This document shows positions 49,056 to 59,442 of a stretch of DNA of 64,000 bases, one piece after another (the stretch's first letter is position 1; every line of letters starts with the position of its first letter). The translations under genes were made by a program, and so were the position numbers. Under the pieces are notes generated by a model, which worked only from the letters and a program-made list of their open reading frames with translations, searched no databases and was not told the DNA's origin. The stretch is from an uncultured cyanobacterium. GTDB lineage: Bacteria; Cyanobacteriota; Cyanobacteriia; Cyanobacteriales; Cyanobacteriaceae. The stretch covers positions 1 through 64,000 of the forward strand of contig CAVVOP010000020.1 of assembly GCA_963749915.1 (NCBI GenBank), given 5' to 3'.

Positions 49056-51059
49056 TTAAACAAAATAAACCCCCGCTCTCTGTACAATACTAATGAAGGC
49101 GTCTTCTAAAGAAAAAGGAATCGCTCTTTGTGAGTAAATATCTATTTGATTTTCTTTTAAACTTTGCTTTACTTGCAATAATTCTCTTTCTGGATTATCT
49201 AAGACTAAATGAAGACGATCACCAAAAATAGAAACTCGCCAAAATTCTAGTTTTGTTTTGAGTAAGTCAGAAGCTGTTTGGGTATCTGATACTATGATTT
49301 CGATCAGTTGTCCTGGTTGTTGGGCTTTAATTTCACTCGGCGATCCTTGAGCAACAATTTCTCCTGCAACCATAAATCCCATGCGGTTACAATTTTCTGC
49401 CTCTTCTAGATAGTGAGTCGTAACCAAGATTGCCGCTCCCTGATGGGCAAAATCCCGAATTAATCGCCAAAATTGCCTTCTCGCTAATGGATCGACACCA
49501 GAAGTAGGTTCGTCTAAAAATAAAATTTCTGGTTCGTGCATTACCGATGCACCAAAGGCAACACGCTGTTTCCAACCGCCAGGAAGACTACCCGTGACGC
49601 TGTCTTCTTTGCCGACTAAACCACAGGTAGCTAATACCCAGTCAATTTTTTCCTGTCTTAATTTACGAGGAACGCCATATACACCACAGTAAAACTCTAA
49701 ATTTTGTTTAATGGTCAAATCATTATATAAAGTAAATTTCTGACTCATATAACCTAGGCGAGAACGTACTCGAGAACTATGCAAACTTTCAGTTTGACCT
49801 GCTAAAATCATCTCTCCTCCACTGGCCGGTAACAAACCGCAGAGCATTTTTATTGTAGTGGTTTTTCCTGCTCCATTTGCCCCTAATAAGCCGTAAATTT
49901 CTCCATACTTAATTTCTAGATCGACTTTTTTTACCGCTTGAAACTCCCCAAAGGTTTTTTGTAAGTTAGTTGCACCAATAGCAATTTGAGCTGTTGCTAA
50001 AGTTTTATCTCTCTCCAAACCCTTGGCTTTTCTCAGGGCTTCGCTGTACTCTTCTCCCCATTCTCCCTGAGCTTCTGGCCCACGATAACGAGGAAACTCC
50101 AGAAAAGCTGGTTCTGAACCCTCTTGACGTAAACGGGTGACAAAGACATTTTCTAGGGTAGGTTCATCTGGTTGAAGACTATCAAGTTCCAATTGCTGTT
50201 GTGCTAACATCTCACGAATGTCCTTTGTGCCTTCCTCTATACTGGGAACCAAAATATCCAAGCGATCGCCAAAAGATTGTAAATCGGAGATGTCTTTTGC
50301 TAAAGAGTTAACCGATAATACTTTTTCTACAGCCGGTAAATTTTTTGCCCTCACTTGAATACGGTACAAACCCAAACTGGCTCTTAATTGTGCTAAAGTA
50401 CCTATTTGTTGAATCTTACCCTCATAAATCAAGGCAAGGCGATGACAGCGTTCTGCTTCATCCAAATAAGGGGTTGCCACCACAATACTCACTCCCTGGG
50501 CAGCGACAGAAGCGAGTAAATCCCAAAACTCCCGACGGGAAAGAGGATCTACTCCTGTAGTTGGCTCGTCCAATAATAATACCTGGGGTTCAGCAATCAA
50601 GGCACAACAGAGAGCTAATTTCTGTTTCATGCCGCCCGAAAGTTGACTGGCAAGACGGTTAGGGAATTGCTCTAAACTAAATAGGCGTAGTAATTTGGTT
50701 TTTCTTTCTTTAAATTTGACATCGGGAACTCGACGCAAACCAGCGCTGTAGCGTAAATTTTCGGCGATACTCAAATCTGGGTAGAGGGAAAATTTTTGGG
50801 TGAGATACCCAATTCCCAAACGAGCCTCGCGAGGTAGTTTACCGAAAACTTTAATTTCACCAGCAGTAGCTTTCATGACTCCTGCTAAAATCTGGAAAGT
50901 TGTAGTTTTCCCCGCCCCATCAGGACCAATTAACCCAAAAATTTCTCCTTGACGTACACTAAAATCAATTCCCTTTACTGCTAATAGCTTGCCGTATTGC
51001 TTATAAAGTCCTGTTACTTCGATGGAGGTTAGATTTTGATTTGATTGACTTAATGTCAT
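49056..51059 (-). CDS. ABC transporter ATP-binding protein with two NBDs (YbhF-like)
   Basis: GPDGAGKTT / LSGGMKQK / LLDEPTTGVDP and GANGAGKTT / LPGGWKQR / LDEPTSGVDP. Confidence 0.92.
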   Translation of the reverse strand: MTLSQSNQNLTSIEVTGLYKQYGKLLAVKGIDFSVRQGEIFGLIGPDGAGKTTTFQILAGVMKATAGEIKVFGKLPREARLGIGYLTQKFSLYPDLSIAENLRYSAGLRRVPDVKFKERKTKLLRLFSLEQFPNRLASQLSGGMKQKLALCCALIAEPQVLLLDEPTTGVDPLSRREFWDLLASVAAQGVSIVVATPYLDEAERCHRLALIYEGKIQQIGTLAQLRASLGLYRIQVRAKNLPAVEKVLSVNSLAKDISDLQSFGDRLDILVPSIEEGTKDIREMLAQQQLELDSLQPDEPTLENVFVTRLRQEGSEPAFLEFPRYRGPEAQGEWGEEYSEALRKAKGLERDKTLATAQIAIGATNLQKTFGEFQAVKKVDLEIKYGEIYGLLGANGAGKTTTIKMLCGLLPASGGEMILAGQTESLHSSRVRSRLGYMSQKFTLYNDLTIKQNLEFYCGVYGVPRKLRQEKIDWVLATCGLVGKEDSVTGSLPGGWKQRVAFGASVMHEPEILFLDEPTSGVDPLARRQFWRLIRDFAHQGAAILVTTHYLEEAENCNRMGFMVAGEIVAQGSPSEIKAQQPGQLIEIIVSDTQTASDLLKTKLEFWRVSIFGDRLHLVLDNPERELLQVKQSLKENQIDIYSQRAIPFSLEDAFISIVQRAGVYFV

Positions 51060-51127
51060 CGGCTGTTCTTGATTTGACCGGTATACTCAGGCAACTTCTG
51101 ATTCTAACGAATTTTCCCGAAGAATAA

Positions 51128-51259
51128 TCATTTGTTGGTATCAGCTTGGGCGGTAGGATAGGCTCCTGCTTTGACAGCAAAGCTAATTGCTTGTCCATTG
51201 CGTTTTAGTTCTACTCGCAGGTTTTTACCGACTTCACTATTCTCAACTTCTTGCTGTAA
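51128..51259 (-). pseudogene. C-terminal PDZ fragment of an HtrA-family protease
   Basis: LQQEVENSEVGKNLRVELKRNGQAISFAVKAGAYP...* aligns by eye with VQKKVESSQVGSDLTLNLQRDHKEIKIPVKLGILP of the 44279-45496 protease. Confidence 0.65.
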
Positions 51260-51351
51260 ACCCATCTTCCGCACGTCAAAATGTTTTCATTCTGAAATAA
51301 GAGTTTCAGCGATTTTTGCGATCGCCAATTTATGTATTTTTTATTATTTAT

Positions 51352-51900
51352 CTGACGTTACGCAAAGAGTCATAAATCAGGCATGATCAGGTGACAAGGT
51401 TTTTGTCCGGAGAAGAGATGACAAACAAACAACTCTGGCTGTCAGTCAAACCTGTGTTACGACAACATGAAGAGGAAGATGGGGTCGTAATTTTTGATGA
51501 TACAATCGAAGAAAAACCTCATACAAAAGAAAGCGAATTAGTTTGTTGGCATCATGATCATACAAAAAATCGCTCAGTTAAGGGTATTAACTTACTCAAC
51601 TGTGTTTATCACGGAGGAAATGTAACGTTACCTATTGGTTTTGACGTGATCAAAAAACCCATAGAGTTCTGTGAAATCAAAACAAAAAAGAAAAAGCGAA
51701 AAGCAACAATAACCAAAAATGAATTATTACGGAAACAATTAAAAAATTGTCAGCAGAATCAACTGAAATACAAATATGTACTAACAGATAGTTGGTTTGC
51801 ATCCCAAGAGAATATGGATTTGATCCGAGTAGAGTTGGATAAACATTTCATCATGGCATTAAAGAGTAATCGAAAAGTAGCATTAACCTTAAATGCCTAA
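51352..51900 (+). mobile_element. IS701-family transposase remnant, 5'-deleted and 3'-truncated
   Basis: HDQVTRFLS, IFDDTIEEKPH, VLTDSWF, MALKSNR motifs; stops before the last catalytic residue; candidate end CTGACGTTACGCA at 51352. Confidence 0.8.
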
Positions 51901-51946
51901 AGATCAAGCATAAAGAAGTTAAAAAGAAATTAGATTTTAGAAACAA

Positions 51947-52636
51947 TTAATTTTGCCGAGAATATTTTTGCAGTTTTAGAAGAGTAACGCAAAGCGTTAA
52001 CCACAAAAAACCTACCCCATAACCCGCAAGAATATCCGTTGGCCAATGTACTCCCAAATAGATTCTACTTAAACCAATTAGCAGAATAGTTGTGGTTGCA
52101 AAAGAATAAATTAAACCAGAAAACTTGGGATAATAATTACTCAATAAATAGGCAATTAAACCATATAAAACAACAGAACCTAGGGCATGACCGCTGGGAA
52201 AACTAAAAGAGGTTTCCGAAATAAGATGTTTCCAAAGTTGTGGACGGGGTTTAGCAAAAAATAATTTCATTCCAGTCGTCAGAATTAAAGCTCCTAAACA
52301 AGCTAAAATAAAAATCTTTGCCTCTTGGTAATAGTGCTTTCTCCATAATAAAATAAGGGTGGTGATAACAACCATAATCACAAAACTAGGATTACCCAAT
52401 TGAGTAATTTTGAGCATGATTTGATCTCGGGTTGGATTGGCAAACTGATGTAACCAAAGCAGAAAAAATTTATCAAAAGCAAAGGCTTCTTTTTCTAGAA
52501 CCTCATTGGAAAGTTTGGCAACAACAAATAGGATAAGTACACAGAAAGCTAATCCCCCAATACTGATGGTAGCCATGAGAGAAGATAAATTAGGATTAAT
52601 TTTCCGTTGCCAGAAAACGACAAGATAATGAACCAT
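51947..52636 (-). CDS. PAP2-family phosphatase
   Basis: KLFFAKPRP, SFPSGH, SRIYLGVHWPTD. Confidence 0.92.
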   Translation of the reverse strand: MVHYLVVFWQRKINPNLSSLMATISIGGLAFCVLILFVVAKLSNEVLEKEAFAFDKFFLLWLHQFANPTRDQIMLKITQLGNPSFVIMVVITTLILLWRKHYYQEAKIFILACLGALILTTGMKLFFAKPRPQLWKHLISETSFSFPSGHALGSVVLYGLIAYLLSNYYPKFSGLIYSFATTTILLIGLSRIYLGVHWPTDILAGYGVGFLWLTLCVTLLKLQKYSRQN

Positions 52637-52718
52637 ATTATATTCTTTTATTGAATTGACACAACGATGATATAGGGAATTGCTAAACTTAAATAATTAA
52701 CAAAAGCTAGATCCTGTC

Positions 52719-53228
52719 ATGATGAAGTTTATCAGTTTTGCTAATTCTTTAAACCTAGTTTCAACTTTGGCTAGTTTCTGGCGTCGATGCTTTCAAGAAG
52801 CGATACGCCTTGCTTTTCGTCATCCAGTTGTCGGAACCAGTATTGTTCCCCTCTTAGAAGATGGACGCATCGTGCTAGTATGTCGACGTGATACGGGACG
52901 TTGGGCTTTACCCGGTGGAATGGTAGCTTGGGGAGAAGATATTGCTAGTACCGTCAAGCGTGAATTAGCGGAGGAAACCGGATTAGACTTATTGAAAATT
53001 CGTCGTTTAGTAGGAGTGTATTCTTCTCCTGAACGAGATTCACGCCTGCACTCCATCTGCGTTGCCTTTGTTGCCGACGTTCGGGGTCAATTGAAAGTAC
53101 AAGATGAATTCGAAATCAGCGAAGTCAGAGCGTTTAGTCCTGACTCTCTACCAACCTTTGACCAGATGTCTTATGATAATGCCGAGCAACTACAGAACTA
53201 CTTGGCGGGGTTGACTGTATTGCAATAA
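52719..53228 (+). CDS. NUDIX hydrolase
   Basis: Nudix box WALPGGMVAWGEDIASTVKRELAEETGL. Confidence 0.9.
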   Translation: MMKFISFANSLNLVSTLASFWRRCFQEAIRLAFRHPVVGTSIVPLLEDGRIVLVCRRDTGRWALPGGMVAWGEDIASTVKRELAEETGLDLLKIRRLVGVYSSPERDSRLHSICVAFVADVRGQLKVQDEFEISEVRAFSPDSLPTFDQMSYDNAEQLQNYLAGLTVLQ

Positions 53229-53441
53229 TTTTGTCTCAAGTTTGACTTTCGTTCTTAATCCTTGGCTTTCTTAATTTCTGTCTCTAATTTTGCTTCAAAT
53301 TCTTCTACTTTTTACTTGGCGATCGTATGTATAAGTTTTTCGTGGCACAGGAAAAGGAAATCCTCCCTTAGGATTTAGGCGGTCAATAACCTAGCTAGAA
53401 ACTTTGGGGCGTTTAAAAAAATTTACACTTCGATTTTTGGC

Positions 53442-54398
53442 ATGAATTATTTTGTTAAAAGAATCTTAATTTCTCTACCGACCTTACTTACTATTAGCGT
53501 GGTAATTTTTTGTATATTAGCATTGGCACCAGGGGATCCTTTAAGTGAGTTTGCTTCTAATCCGAATATTACTGCAGAAGTAAGAGAAAATATTAGAAAG
53601 TCCTTAGGGTTGGATCAGTCTATTTATATTCGTTATTTTAAGTGGCTTTTTGCTTTTTTTCGAGGGGATTTAGGTTATTCTTTTACCAGCAGAAGTCCTG
53701 TTTTTGACTTAATTTTACAGCGTCTTCCTAATACTCTAATGATCGTGGGCGTGGCCTATGTGATTAGTGTTTTTGTGGCGATTCCCATGGGTTTAATTTC
53801 GGCTGTTAAACGTTATTCTTTACTTGATAATACGATCACAGCTATCGCCTTTTTTGGATATTCAATTCCGCCCTTTTTCACGGGATTATTATTGATAATT
53901 ATTTTTAGTGTACAGTTGAAATGGTTACCTTTTATTTATGATAGTAACTTACAAATAACTGACATGCAAACTTTTGTAATACAAATAAAACAATCGTTAA
54001 TGCCCATTGTCGTATTAAGTTTATATCAAACGGCGGTATTAATGCGATTTATGCGATCTTCGGTGACGGAAGAATTGAGTCATGATTATGTGCGCACGGC
54101 TTATAGTAAGGGATTAAATAGTTATCAGGTGGTAGTTAATCATATTTTGCGTAATGCTTTAATTCCGGTGGTAACTCTTATTGCCCTTGATATTCCTAGT
54201 ATATTTACTGGTGCACTGGTTACTGAACAAATTTTTCGGATTCCGGGTATTGGAGCTTTATTGATAGAATCAATTTATCGTAGTGACACTCCAGTGGTAA
54301 TGGCGATCGCGATGATTTACGGTATTTTAATTGTTATCTTTAATCTGATCGCCGATTTGACCTATTCATGGTTGGATCCTAGAGTGAGATTATACTAA
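53442..54398 (+). CDS. Peptide/nickel ABC transporter permease (DppB/OppB family)
   Basis: LAPGDP, GDLGYS, DYVRTAYSKGL, HILRNALIP, LDPRVR. Confidence 0.9.
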   Translation: MNYFVKRILISLPTLLTISVVIFCILALAPGDPLSEFASNPNITAEVRENIRKSLGLDQSIYIRYFKWLFAFFRGDLGYSFTSRSPVFDLILQRLPNTLMIVGVAYVISVFVAIPMGLISAVKRYSLLDNTITAIAFFGYSIPPFFTGLLLIIIFSVQLKWLPFIYDSNLQITDMQTFVIQIKQSLMPIVVLSLYQTAVLMRFMRSSVTEELSHDYVRTAYSKGLNSYQVVVNHILRNALIPVVTLIALDIPSIFTGALVTEQIFRIPGIGALLIESIYRSDTPVVMAIAMIYGILIVIFNLIADLTYSWLDPRVRLY

Positions 54399-54525
54399 AA
54401 GTATTACAGACAATTAATTATATTTTCCAAAACTCTCGCAGTATTGGGTTGGGCAATAGTAAGCTAATTTAACGTTAACAATCCCAACATTGATTAGATA
54501 TCTCCAAAAATTAAAAATCTATTGA

Positions 54526-55542
54526 TTAAGGGGTTTGCCAGATACGTTGATGATAGGCGATCGGTTCTGCCAAAGGATCGCTATCATGGTTATGATCATG
54601 GTGATGATGGGAGTAATCATGACTATGACTGTGATCATGGTGTTGGTGGTGATGATAGTCATTTTGCGCGGCATTAAGGCGGAATTTACACATCTCACAA
54701 TTCATTTTTACCTCGCCCATTTGGGTTTCGATTTCTCTTTCCCTAATTAATTGTAACAACTCTGGCTGGATACCCATTTCTGGTAAACAGGTAATATCAA
54801 TATCAGGATATAATTTTTGATGTTCAGCGGAAATGTGATAGATTTTTTTCATTAAAGCACCCATAAATAAGAAATAGGGCAAGACAATAATTCTTTTGGG
54901 TTGATATAATAAAACGCGGCGGAATCCTTCTTGCAAACGAGGGTGAGAAATACCGATAAAGCAGGTTTCTACCGTATTATATCCGCTACCTTCCCACAAA
55001 ATACGGGCTAATTTGTACACATCACCGTTAGCATCAGGATCACTTGAACCTCGACCCACGAATAATAACACCGTATCTTCACGGGAAATGTTACGAGGAT
55101 TATATTTGGGTTGATCTAGTTGTGCAAGGCGTTTTTGCCAAAGATCAATAATACTGGGATTAATGCCAAAATGTCGCCCATAATAAAATTGTAACTGAGG
55201 ATATTTAAGCCTAGTACGATCTAACTCGTTAGTAACATCAAACTTATTATGACGGGCGGCGAATAAGAGGATCGGCAGGGCAGAAATATCAGCATATCCT
55301 TGGTTGATACAAGACTCAACCCCTTCAGCAATGGTAGGTGCAGTCAATTCCAAAAAACAAGGAATTACCGGGCGACATTGATCTAATGCTTGATAAGCAT
55401 CGACAAAATCCAGGAACACTTGACGACCATCTTCATCTCTTGTACCATGACCAATCATTAGTAGCGGACGTTGTAATGGTAAAGGCTTTAAGGTATTTTG
55501 TTTGTAACTTAGTGGCATTTTTTCGAAAGGGGCTGTTTGCAT
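54526..55542 (-). CDS. cbiX: Sirohydrochlorin cobaltochelatase with His-rich tail
   Basis: [38 protein letters not shown], His-rich C-terminus. Confidence 0.92.
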   Translation of the reverse strand: MQTAPFEKMPLSYKQNTLKPLPLQRPLLMIGHGTRDEDGRQVFLDFVDAYQALDQCRPVIPCFLELTAPTIAEGVESCINQGYADISALPILLFAARHNKFDVTNELDRTRLKYPQLQFYYGRHFGINPSIIDLWQKRLAQLDQPKYNPRNISREDTVLLFVGRGSSDPDANGDVYKLARILWEGSGYNTVETCFIGISHPRLQEGFRRVLLYQPKRIIVLPYFLFMGALMKKIYHISAEHQKLYPDIDITCLPEMGIQPELLQLIREREIETQMGEVKMNCEMCKFRLNAAQNDYHHHQHHDHSHSHDYSHHHHDHNHDSDPLAEPIAYHQRIWQTP

Positions 55543-55659
55543 TGAATTTTTGGGATGAATGGCGATAATATTTACCCTAATTATACCGATCTCCTCAAAC
55601 TGAAGTAAATGCTAAACGGGGGGATTAAGTATTCTATTATTTCAATATAATAATTTGGC

Positions 55660-55721
55660 TAGGGAATCGGGAGTCAGTCACCGATGTAGGTTTTTTACAA
55701 ACTGGCGATGGCAAGACAAGG
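55660..55721 (+). repeat. 62-bp intergenic repeat, copy 1
   Basis: TAGGGAATCGGGAGTCAGTCAC...TTACAAACTGG.GATGGCAAGACAAGG; near-identical to 58926-58987. Confidence 0.85.
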
Positions 55722-55759
55722 AAAAAAACTTCTTAGTCTTCTAGTAACCCAGTCTTTGC

Positions 55760-56533
55760 TCACAGTGCAGAGGGAGGACGAATATACTCTTTAATTCCTA
55801 CAGAATCTAAATATAGTTTTATAGCCTCTTGAGTATTTCCATGATAAGCAACTTTACCATGATCTAACCAAATAGACCGATCGCATAAATCTTTGACATA
55901 TTCCAAACTGTGGGAAACAAATAAAATTGTACTACTTTGTTCCCATAAACTTTGAATACGTTCCCGAGATTTATGGGTAAATTTAGCATCACCCACGGAC
56001 AAAACTTCATCGAGAACGAGAATATCGGGTTGTACATCCGTAGCCACGGAGAACCCTAAGCGGGCTTTCATCCCAGAAGATAAGGCTTTAACTGGCACTT
56101 CTCCATATTCTTCCAACTCGGCAAATTCGAGAATTTCACGGGTACGAGTTCTCATTTCTTCTTTAGAATAACCCAATAAAACTCCATATAAAATTATATT
56201 ATCTTTGACGGACATCTCCATATTAAAACCGGCACCTAATTCGATTAAAGGTGCAATATTTCCTCGTACTCTTACCGTACCAAAAGTGGGGGTCAAAATA
56301 CCGCAAATAACTTTAAGCAATGTGGATTTTCCGGCTCCATTAGAGCCGATAATACCGATTTTTTCGCCACTACGAACTGCAAAATCAACGTCTTTTAAAA
56401 CTTGTTTTTTCGCAGGTTTAACATATTTTCCCTGTAAAAAAGATATTACTGTTTTTTTTAGATCATAAGAAAATTCTTCCTGAGTTCTGCGCCATAAAGA
56501 AACATTATTTAGTCTAATAACTTCTCGATCCAT
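55760..56533 (-). CDS. wzt: Polysaccharide export ABC ATPase
   Basis: GSNGAGKSTLL, PLIELGAGF, LSSGMKARLGFS, DEVLSVGD; likely start 56533. Confidence 0.9.
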   Translation of the reverse strand: MDREVIRLNNVSLWRRTQEEFSYDLKKTVISFLQGKYVKPAKKQVLKDVDFAVRSGEKIGIIGSNGAGKSTLLKVICGILTPTFGTVRVRGNIAPLIELGAGFNMEMSVKDNIILYGVLLGYSKEEMRTRTREILEFAELEEYGEVPVKALSSGMKARLGFSVATDVQPDILVLDEVLSVGDAKFTHKSRERIQSLWEQSSTILFVSHSLEYVKDLCDRSIWLDHGKVAYHGNTQEAIKLYLDSVGIKEYIRPPSAL

Positions 56534-56589
56534 TGCAATTTTGAATAAAAATAAATGTGGTAAATAATTGGTCAAGGGGGAAAACTTAT

Positions 56590-57417
56590 TTAAAGTAAAT
56601 CCATAAAAGATGATTGTACACGGCGAAAAAATAACCACCCTAAAGTTAAAATAATTATGCCACTTAAAAAGCCTTTTATCAAATGACTAATTTCTGGAAA
56701 ACTACCTTCTAAACTAATTTGTCGCAGACTTTCAATAATTGGCACTAAAGGATTAAGGTATAAAAAAGGTTGCACTCTTTGGGGTACAATTTCCGCAGGA
56801 TAAAACACTGGGCTGGTAATCCACACAATAAAGGTAGCGATTTCATAGAAGTAACCTAAATCTCTAAAAAAGACAAATAAGGCACTCACAAACAACCCCA
56901 CTCCTGCACAAACTAAAACTAGGGCAGTAAAAGGCAATAACAAGGAAAATACAAATACAACATTATGAGTTTTTATTAATGTAACTATGATTAATAACGG
57001 CAATGATCCGACAACAAATTGGAAAATATTAGCGGCGATCATTGATAAGGGAAAAACGGGTATAGGTAACTTAATTTTATTTAATAAATCACCGTTAATA
57101 ACAATACTGCTTAGTGCCTGAGTTGTGGAAGAATTATAAAAATTAATTACTAATAAACCCGTAAAAGCAGCGAACATATAATTAATAATAGAATCTTCGA
57201 AATAAGAAGCAAATGTTGTGCCAAAAATAACGGTATATAAAGTAGTCATAATAATGGGATTTAATAATGACCAATATACTCCTAAAAAAGAACCACGATA
57301 ACGAGTATTTAGATTTTGTGGCACTAAGACGGAAAGCAATTCCCAATAACGTAGAAGACTATGCCAAAAAGGCGATTTCTCCATCATAGTTAAGGTTTTT
57401 TTTCTGGCTAAAATCAT
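56590..57417 (-). CDS. wzm: Polysaccharide export ABC-2 permease
   Basis: RYRGSFLGVYWSLLNP, VFFRDL, SPVFYP, LNPL; true start may be about 10 codons downstream. Confidence 0.9.
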   Translation of the reverse strand: MILARKKTLTMMEKSPFWHSLLRYWELLSVLVPQNLNTRYRGSFLGVYWSLLNPIIMTTLYTVIFGTTFASYFEDSIINYMFAAFTGLLVINFYNSSTTQALSSIVINGDLLNKIKLPIPVFPLSMIAANIFQFVVGSLPLLIIVTLIKTHNVVFVFSLLLPFTALVLVCAGVGLFVSALFVFFRDLGYFYEIATFIVWITSPVFYPAEIVPQRVQPFLYLNPLVPIIESLRQISLEGSFPEISHLIKGFLSGIIILTLGWLFFRRVQSSFMDLL

Positions 57418-57789
57418 AAATATTAGAAATAATAATTGACTATTTGTTATTCAATAAAATTATTGTATCTTAGAGTTACCCCCTTTTCCTGTCAGCATCT
57501 ATATCTTTTAAGAGGATAATTCTCAATAAGTTACTATAAAATCGGTCATTTTAAAAGCGAAAGATAAGATTTATCAACATCGATCTTTTGTATTATAGCA
57601 TCCCCCACAAGAACTAAAGTCCTAAAGATAATAATAATTCTATATGTAACTGACTGGTCGTCTTTATAGTCCAGAACTCTGAACTAATTTATGGTGTGTT
57701 CAAAATAAGATTCTATAGGGTAAACTTAATCTAAGTATTAAGCTATAGTTTTATAGAAATACACAATATATATATCCATTGAAGGAAGA

Positions 57790-58854
57790 ATGACTAATCA
57801 TAAAACAGCTCTAATTACTGGTATTACAGGGCAAGATGGTTCTTATTTAAGTGAACTATTATTAGGCAAAGGTTACGAGGTTCATGGTATTATCAGACGG
57901 ACTTCTACATTTAACACCGATCGCATAGATCATATCTATCAAGATCCCCATCAGGAAGATGCTAAATTTTTTCTTCACTATGGTGACTTGACTGATGGTA
58001 CTACTTTACGGCGTATTTTAGAAGAAACACAACCGGATGAAGTTTATAACTTAGGGGCACAATCTCATGTTCGAGTTAGTTTCGACGCCCCAGAATTTAC
58101 CGTTGATAGTGTGGCTATGGGTACATTACGGCTATTAGAGGCAATTCGAGATTATCAACAAAGAACCTCTGCCGATATTCGTTATTATCAGGCAGGATCA
58201 TCAGAAATGTTCGGAAAAGTAATGGAAATTCCCCAAAAAGAATCTACTCCTTTTTATCCCCGTAGTCCTTATGCTTGTGGAAAAGTATATGCACACTGGC
58301 AAACCGTAAATCACCGTGAATCTTATGATATGTTTGCTTGTAACGGTATCTTATTTAACCATGAAAGTCCCCGTCGCGGCGAAACTTTCGTAACTAGAAA
58401 AATTACTAGGGCCATCGCTCGTATTGTCGCAGGGCAACAGAAAAAACTATACTTAGGCAACACCGACTCTAAAAGGGATTGGGGTTATGCAAAAGATTAT
58501 GTGGTAGCTATGTGGTTAATGCTGCAACAAGACCGACCTGATGATTATGTGGTAGCAACGGGAGAAACTCATTCGGTCAAAGAATTTTTAGAATTGGCTT
58601 TTTCTCACGTTAACCTAAACTGGGAAGATTTCGTCGCCTTTGATGAGCGTTATTTGCGCCCTGCTGAGGTAGATTTATTAATAGGCGATCCCACCAAAGT
58701 TAAAGAGAAGTTGGGTTGGCAACCCTCTGTTACTTTTCCTGAGTTAGTAAAGTTAATGGTAGATGCGGATTTAGAAGTGCTTGGTATCACCAATGGGAAT
58801 AAAGTTAAAGATCAAGCCTATATCCGTCAAAATATGCTACACAATGTCAATTAA
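57790..58854 (+). CDS. gmd: GDP-mannose 4,6-dehydratase
   Basis: [38 protein letters not shown]. Confidence 0.96.
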   Translation: MTNHKTALITGITGQDGSYLSELLLGKGYEVHGIIRRTSTFNTDRIDHIYQDPHQEDAKFFLHYGDLTDGTTLRRILEETQPDEVYNLGAQSHVRVSFDAPEFTVDSVAMGTLRLLEAIRDYQQRTSADIRYYQAGSSEMFGKVMEIPQKESTPFYPRSPYACGKVYAHWQTVNHRESYDMFACNGILFNHESPRRGETFVTRKITRAIARIVAGQQKKLYLGNTDSKRDWGYAKDYVVAMWLMLQQDRPDDYVVATGETHSVKEFLELAFSHVNLNWEDFVAFDERYLRPAEVDLLIGDPTKVKEKLGWQPSVTFPELVKLMVDADLEVLGITNGNKVKDQAYIRQNMLHNVN

Positions 58855-58925
58855 TGAGAGTGAGGATTTTTGATCCATCCTAGTATTCCCACAATTTTGA
58901 CCTGAGGAACAGGGCTGCCGAGTAT

Positions 58926-58987
58926 TAGGGAATCGGGAGTCAGTCACTGGTGTAGGTTTTTTACAAACTGGTGATGGCAAGACAAGG
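58926..58987 (+). repeat. 62-bp intergenic repeat, copy 2
   Basis: Direct repeat of 55660-55721 with 3 substitutions. Confidence 0.85.
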
Positions 58988-59271
58988 GGGGAAAGTGGAC
59001 AAGGGAGAAAATAACTAATTTTGAGTACCAAAGAGTTTTCCGATGCAATCGCGTCGCGGCAGATACTGTCTCAATCTTGTATTTTCTCCTTCAACCCGGC
59101 CTAAAGCTAGAGAAACAGCAAAATTGGCAAAGTAGCTAAAAAGCAATCAGAGAGGGGATTATTGTTTTAAGGTAGCTTCCTGCCATAGCGATCGCTCTAG
59201 AACACCGATTCAGTAATCAAAAAGCCAGACTGATTTGCTGTTGTCTGACTTTAAAGTTGGGAAACGCGCTC

Positions 59272-59297
59272 ATCCCACAGTTATTTGATGCACGACC
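59272..59297. mobile_element. Orphan IS1-like terminal sequence related to the ends of the trk cassette
   Basis: ATCCCACAGTTATTTGATGCACGACC matches the reverse complement of 695-720 at 22 of 26 positions. Confidence 0.55.
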
Positions 59298-59442
59298 AAA
59301 TTAGAACTGATAAGGGTTTTAGTTGTTATTCAATACTTTTGTACGGGGGAAGTTCGGTTATTACTTATATTTTGTCCAAAATAAGTTGCTTGGTTTTAAT
59401 ACTTTTATCATCTTACAAAGTGAAGTGCGAAATGTGGGTTAT

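Noticed and set aside
59030..59270. GC-richer spacer as an ncRNA or gene
   Set aside because: No convincing ORF or fold recognised; contains a HIP1 site and an IS-like end, so probably rearrangement debris.
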